The position numbers and the translations under genes were made by a program. Shown here piece after piece: positions 57,794-64,000 of a stretch of DNA of 64,000 nucleotides. The notes under the pieces were generated by a model that saw only the letters and a list, made by a program, of their open reading frames with translations, was not told the origin of the DNA and did not search any database. This stretch comes from Mobula birostris (taxonomy: Eukaryota), in the NCBI RefSeq assembly GCF_030028105.1, contig NC_092391.1:51991223-52055222 (forward strand), read 5' to 3'. How positions within the stretch are numbered: the stretch's first letter is position 1; each line of letters begins with the position of its first letter.

Positions 57794-59317
57794 CAGTGGT
57801 GTTAGAAAGTTTGTGACCTTTAGTTTTCTCTATTTCTGCTTTAGTATAACCTAAAATATTCTCAGACCTTCACACAAGTCCAAAAAGTAGATGAGGAGAA
57901 CCCAATTAAACAAATAACACAAAAACATTGTACTTTTTCATTGAGAAAAATTATGCAATACTACATGTATTTGTTGGAAGTAGTACGTGAACTGTGGCTT
58001 TTTGTAACCAGTGCGATCTCCTTGAACAGCAATAACTTCAACCAAATCTTTCTGATAACTGTTGATCAGTCCTACGCATTGGCTTAAGAGGAATTTTAGG
58101 CCATTCCTTCTTACAAAACTGCTTCAACTCTGGAATGCTGATGAGCTTCCTTGCATGAGTTGCTTGCTTCAGATCCTTCCACAACATTTCTATAGGCTCA
58201 GGACTTTAACTCAGCCATTGCAAACGACAGAAGTTCTTCTGCTTTAACCGTTCTTTGGTAGACTGACTAGTGCATTTAGGGTCGTCATCTTACTGCATGA
58301 TTCACTTTCTCTTGAGCTTCAGTGCACGGATGTACAATGTCCTGTCGAATTTGCTGGTGCAATTCAGAATTCATAGTTTCATCAATAATGGCAAGCTGTC
58401 CTGGTCCCCAGGCAGCAAAGCAGGCCCAAACCATGACACTGCCATGTTGCATAGATGGGATGAAGTTCTTCTGCTAGAATGCAATGTTTGCTTTTCACCA
58501 AACAATGCTTCTCATTACAGCCAACAAGTTCTGTTTTGGACTCATCCATCCACAGAACATTCTTTCAATCGCCTTCTGGCTTATCCACTTGGTCTTAAGC
58601 AAACTTTAGACAGGCAGTATGTTCTTGGAGAGTAGTGGCCTTCTCGCAATCCTGCCATCCACACCATTGTTGTTCAGTGCTTGCCTGATGGTAGACTCAT
58701 GAACACTGACGTTAGCCAATGCAAGGGAGGCCTGTAGCTCCTTAGATGTCACCCTAGGGCTCTTTGTGACCTCCTGGATTATCACATGCCTTGCTCCTGG
58801 GAGAGATTTTTGTTTGTCAACCACTCGTGAGGAGAGCAGCAACAGTGTTGAATTGCTTTTATTTGCATACCACCTGCCAGAATGTAGACCAGTGGAACCC
58901 AAACTCTTCAGAAATGGGGTTGTATCCTTTTCCAGCCTGGTGAAGGTCCTCAAAAATCTCCTTTGATTGAGACATGGCATACTTCCAAAAACCCTGTGGT
59001 AAAGATCAGACTTTGATAGTGAAGATTCAGGTTTATGTTATTTAAATAGGACAGGGCCTCCCACACTCACAACTGACTCTAATTTCCCTTTTAAATGAAC
59101 TGAATCCTAGGAGGCTCACATACTTTTTCCAACAAATACATGTAATATTGGATCATTTTTCTCAATAAATAAACAAGTATAATGTTTTTTGTTATTTATT
59201 TAGTTGGATTCTCTATCTAGGTTTAGGACTTGCAGGAAGATCTGATCACATTTTAGGTCATATTTATGCCGAAATAGAGAAAATTCCAAAGGGTTCACCA
59301 ACTTTCTAGCACCACTG
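57794..59317 (-). mobile_element. Tc1-like DNA transposon with about 200-bp inverted repeats, decayed transposase
   Basis: ta|cagtggtgttagaaagtttgtga ... tcaccaactttctagcaccactg; about 57794-57995 matches the reverse complement of about 59115-59317; IIQEVTKSPRVTSKELQASLA...VHESTIRQALNNNG...RIARRPLLSK. Confidence 0.92.
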
Positions 59318-60031
59318 CAGATTGTCTGGTTGAGTGAAGGGAGAACCTATTTCTGAACACCTCAGAAACTGATTAAGGCAGATCAATATTGCAGATAACC
59401 CAGGGTGCTGGATTCAGTTCTTACAGTCTCCAAGATTGAAATGTAAAAAATGTTTTGCAGGATTTGCTTTTAAACTTAGAACTGCAAATAATGAGAGAAA
59501 CTACAAAGTAGAGAACAATTTTAATAGCTTCACATGAAAAGGATGAGGTGCTAAATTAAATTGACATCTTATACATTCGAGAGATACAGTGCGGAACAGG
59601 TCCTCTGGCCCACTGATCCACACCGTTTAGAAACCCACCTATTTAACCCTAGCCTAATCATAGGACAATTTATATTAGTCTACCAACTCGTACACCTTTG
59701 GACTGCGGGAGGACACTGGAGCACCTGGATGAAACCCTCATTCACAGGGAGGATGCAAATGTATTCCAAGTGGTCTGGAGAATAACACTGGGGTTAAGCC
59801 CCTGTGGGATTAACATCCTCTGATTAACGGTTGGCAGGATGGAGTTGAGTCTCTACCAAAGGAGACGCAAGGTACTCCTTCCCTCCACCAGCCTACAGGT
59901 TACCCTTGGGCAAAAGGTATAGCACTGTTTAACCCTGCAAATTAAGGTCATGTGGAGCAGGTGGTGAATGGTCATATCCCAAGTCTTAGTTATGTGACCA
60001 CAGAGACCAGGCAGACAATCTCTGAAGAGTA

Positions 60032-61292
60032 TAGGTGGCCCCCGTTTTCCAAACATTCGCTTTACGACACCTCGCTGTTACAAAAGATCTACATTAGTTA
60101 CCCGTTTTCGCTAACAGAAGGTGTTTTCACTGTTACGAAAAAAGGCAGCGCGCACCCAAACAGCCAAGCTCCTCCCCCGGAACCGCATTCTACCCGCCAT
60201 TGCTTAAACATGTGCTTTATCTCGATTTATTTTGTGCATCCGTTAGCAAGATGAGTACTAAGGTATCAGAAAAGCCTAAAAGAGTTCATAAGGGTGTTAC
60301 ACTTAGCATAAAACTAGACATAATTAAGCGTTTTGATCGTGGTGAATGAAGTAAGGACATTGTCCATACGTTGAACTTGCCTGCGTCCACCATTCGCACT
60401 ATTTATACGTAGAGAGAAAAAATCTTGAAAGCTGCCGATGTTACTGTTGGCTCTGCTCGTAGCAAAGTGGCCTCTCTTAGTCGGCATCCAATAATGGATA
60501 AAATGGAAAGTCTATTGTTTGAGTGGATTGATGGGTGTACAAAGTGTGGTATTCCATTAAGTTTCCTTATACTTAAAGAGAAATCAGTCAGTCTTTTCAA
60601 TAAGCTGAAGCAGAAAGCACTGGACGATGGTAATGAAAGTGTTGCGAAAGTGGAATTTAAATGTAGTCATGGGTGGTTTGATCAGTTTCTGAGGCGAGGA
60701 CAGCTTCATAGTTTAACGTTTACCAGACACAGTGCTGCAGCTGATACTGAAGCTGCCAAAAAGTTCCCAGCTGAACTGAAGAAAATAATTTCAGAAGGTG
60801 GTTATTCGTATAAGCAAGTGTTTAACTGTGACGAAACTGCTAATTTATTGGAGTCTTCCCGATTCTGGTAAGTGAAACTACACTGTACATACATTATTTC
60901 TACTTTATATAGACTGTGTAGTTTTGTGTGTTATTTGGTATGATTTGGCAGCTTCATAGCTTAAAGGTTACTGGAGAGAGTGTTTCCGCCGAGAGCACTT
61001 CCACCGTGTTTCTGCCGAGAGCGCTTCCACCGAGAGCACTGCCATGAGATTTTCGCTGCGCTAAACAGTGCTACAGGAAAGTATTTCTACTTTATATAGG
61101 CTGTGTATTTATCATATTATTCCTGCTTTTACTATACGTTACTGTTATTTTAGGTTTTATGTGTTATGTGGCATGATTTTGTAGGTTATTTTTTGGGTCT
61201 GAGAACGCTCAAAAAATTTTCCCATATTAATAAATGGTAATTGCTTATTCACTTTACGACAGTCCGGCATACAAACCGTTTCATAGGACCTG
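60032..61292 (+). mobile_element. Tigger/pogo-family DNA transposon, internally deleted (CENP-B-type HTH kept, DDE mostly lost)
   Basis: From the ATG at 60251: MSTKVSEKPKRVHKGVTLSIKLDIIKRFDRGE*...MESLLFEWID...FKCSHGWFDQFLRR...QVFNCDET; ta|taggt...acctg|ta ends; inserted into a SINE-like repeat. Confidence 0.88.
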
Positions 61293-61348
61293 TATTTCCA
61301 ATGGCTGGGGTCACTCATCTTGTAAAGACACTACCCAGAAAAAGACAA

Positions 61349-61440
61349 CACACATCAAAGTTGCTGGTGAACTCAGCAGGCCAGGCAGCATCTCTAGGAA
61401 GAGGTGCAGTCGACGTTTCAGGCCGAGACCCTTCATCAGG
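61349..61440 (-). mobile_element. Penelope-derived short insertion with a 16-bp TSD
   Basis: acccagaaaaagacaa at 61333-61348 and 61441-61456. Confidence 0.8.
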
Positions 61441-61442
61441 AC
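61407..61442 (-). ncRNA. Minimal type I hammerhead ribozyme motif (Penelope type)
   Basis: Minus strand: gtc-CTGATGA-agggtctcggcct-GAAAC-GTC-gactg; core and GUC site intact. Confidence 0.6.
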
Positions 61443-62479
61443 CCAGAAAAAGACAATGGCCATCCACTTCTGTAGAAAAATTTGCCAAGAACAATCACGG
61501 TCTTGGAAAGACCATGATCACCCACGTCATATGACATGGCACAAAACGAACGAATGGCACCGCCCTCCTCCCTTCCAGTCCTGATGAAGGGCCTCAGCCT
61601 GAAACTTCAACTGTGCACTCTCCATACATACTGCCTGACCTGCGGAGTTCCTCGAGCATTTTGTGTGTGCTGCACTGGATTTCCAGTATCTGCAGAATCT
61701 CTGGTGTTTATGAATGAATGAATGAAGTTTACAAGTGTAAAAGGCAACTCAACTGCAACAAGATCCCGAGTCTTTACAGGTTGGACATGAAGATGATTCC
61801 TCCTGTGGGAGAATCTGGAACTTCAAAGAGGGGAGGGAGGGGGTCACAATTTAAAATAAGGAGTCGCTCATTTAAGACAATCAAAGAGAATTTTTCCCTC
61901 TCACAGAGAAACTTTTCTCAGACTTCCAGTTGGGCACAAGTCTCAATTTTAACCAACATTGCAACGACAAATTCTGTCATCTACATCAGCGATGAATACT
62001 GCAAGTAGACAGAACGTTCAAAGTACATTCATTAGCGAAGTATGTATACTTTATGCAACCTTGAGATTTGTCTCCTTTCAGAGGGTCACAAAACAAAGAT
62101 GCCCTATAGAACCCATTAAAAACAAAAGACCGTCAAACATTCAGCGTGCAGAGAAAAAAAACATGCAAATACAGCGAACAGCATTCAGAAATGAAGTTCA
62201 CAATGCCAGGCATTATTGCAGCTGATTAAGAAGGCTTCAGTCCAGCACAGAGCAACAAGCCAAAATGGCCAGTCTTGTGTCGCAGAAGCCGATCATTTCA
62301 ATCTGGCCCAGCTCTAAAATCACCAAATCCTCAGTTCATTCCTTGCCCTCTGTTGCTTTGATAAAGCCAGTAACTGACCTTACCAATTCAGCTTGGCCCT
62401 AAAGTCAAGCCTCAGATCATTCCTTGCCTCGGCTCTGCTGAATCAAATTACTTCAAGAGCATGGTGACCTGCCTCAATG

Positions 62480-63010
62480 ACCACGGTCCAGCAGCACTTA
62501 CACCCCAGTGATAGTGTTTTGAGAGGTTGGTGATAGAACATTAACTCCTGCTTGAGGAGTTCCAATTTGCCTATCAGCAGAACAAATCCACAGCAGATGC
62601 CATCTCATTGGCACTTCACCCAACGCTGGAACATCTGGACAGCAAAGGCGCTTTTTATCAACTACTCAGTACACTCAGTATTCAATACTATCACTCCATC
62701 AAACTAGTCTGCAAGTTTCAAGACCTTGGCCTCAATACCTTCTTGTACAATTGGATCTTCGATTTCCTTACTTGCAGACTCCAGACAGTTTGACTTGGTA
62801 ACAGCATCTCCTGCACAATCTCCCTCAGCACAGCTGCACCATAAGGCTGTGTGCTTAGTTCACTGCTCTACTCACTTTACACTTACGACTGTGTGGCTAA
62901 GCACAGTTCCAACAGCATATTTAAGTTTGCTGATGATGCTACTATTGTAGGCCGAAGAAAGATGGTGACAAATCAGCATATAGGAGGGAGACTGAAAATA
63001 TGGCTGAGGC
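62480..63010 (+). mobile_element. Rex1/Babar-type LINE RT fragment
   Basis: QFAYQQNKSTADAISLALHPTLEHLD...WIFDFLTCRLQTV...GCVL..LLYSLYTYD...KFADD. Confidence 0.85.
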
Positions 63011-63114
63011 TATACGACTAGGCTAGGGTTGAACTGGTTGGTGGCTGTACGATGCAGCTCGTTAGGTGGGAAGGGCCTGTCCCACACTGTACCTCTGAAT
63101 AAATAAATGAACAA

Positions 63115-64000
63115 AGACTCTCCACTAGTCACAGGCCTCCAGTCAGACAGACAACCATCTACCACCGCTCTCTGGCTTCTTCCACAAAGTCATTGTCTAA
63201 TCCAATTTACTAACTCTTCTTGAACGCTAAGCAACTGAATCTTCTTGACCAACCTCCCATGCAGGAACTTGTCAAATGCCGTGCTAAAGTCCATGTGAAC
63301 AACATTCACTGCCTTTCCTTTGTCAGCTTTCCTGGTAACTTCCTTGAAAAATTCTATAGATTGGTTAGACACGACTTACCACGCATGGAGCCATGCTACC
63401 CTTAATTAGTTCATATCTCTCTGAATATCTCTATATCCGGTCCCTTGGAATACCTTCCAATAACTTTCCCACAATTGACGTCAGGCTCACTAGCCTAAAA
63501 TTTTTTGGTTTATTTTTAGTTTTTCATAAATAGCTGAACAACATTGGCTATCCTCTGGTACCTCACCTGTCGCTGAAGATAATTTAAATATCTCTGCTAG
63601 GGCCCTGGCATTTTCTGCACTTGCCTCCCACAGGGTGTAACAGAACACTTTGTTACGCCCTGGGATTTATCCATCCTAATTTGCCACAGAATAGCAAGCA
63701 CCACCTCCTCTGGAATCTGTCCATGAAGTTGATGCCATTTTGCATCACTTCTAAAGACTCGGTGTCTGTCTACTGAGTAAATACAGATGGAAAAAGTAAT
63801 TTAAGATCTTCCTTATCTCTTTTGGCCTCATGCATAGATAACAATTCTGATCTTCCAGAAGACCAATTTTGCCCCTTGCAACCCTTTTGCTCTTAACATA
63901 TCAGAATAACTTTTATTCTGACAGGCACATATAAGCTTTGTACTCTCTAAATTTCACTTTGAATGCCTCCCACTTACCAAGCACATTTTTGCCAGAAAAT
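63115..64000 (-). mobile_element. CR1 LINE RT fragment
   Basis: IEFFKEVTRKADKGKAVNVVHMDFSTAFDK. Confidence 0.8.

Noticed and set aside
60425-60871. Domesticated TIGD/CENP-B-like gene
   Set aside because: In-frame stops upstream, truncation at the first catalytic Asp, and transposon ends with TA flanks indicate a decayed element.
63017-63107. About 90-bp near-identity with 23449-23538
   Set aside because: Best explained as tails of the same young SINE subfamily rather than a functional long-range duplication.
53864-64000. TMED2 exon 1 (signal peptide, EECFF...GGFLDIDV)
   Set aside because: Not found on the minus strand and no CpG island here; presumed to lie beyond the window.

Overview
Eukaryotic (vertebrate) genomic DNA. 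The repeat landscape (CR1, Rex1/Babar, RTE and Penelope fragments, tRNA-derived SINEs) suggests a cartilaginous fish such as a ray; that is inference. The window holds the conserved GTF2H3/EIF2B1/DDX55/TMED2 block. It contains the first coding exon of a probable GTF2H3 (-), head-to-head with a complete 9-exon EIF2B1 (+, 302 aa), a complete 14-exon DDX55 (-, 575 aa) tail-to-tail with EIF2B1, and the last exons of TMED2 (-), whose exon 1 lies beyond the window. All exons were read by hand with GT-AG boundaries and consistent phases. Most ORF-track entries are artefacts of repeats. I found no new multi-gene system. The most interesting unexplained signals are RNA-level: (1) a structured, stop-introducing alternative 5' splice-site extension of DDX55 exon 8, a candidate for NMD autoregulation; (2) a decayed duplicate of the DDX55 last exon that keeps a strong acceptor and an open frame into a LINE tail; (3) a 21-nt TMED2 microexon with a downstream QKI-like motif; (4) minimal hammerhead ribozyme motifs in Penelope-derived repeats; (5) a 51-bp hAT MITE in the EIF2B1 3'UTR; (6) a minisatellite amplified from a SINE head.
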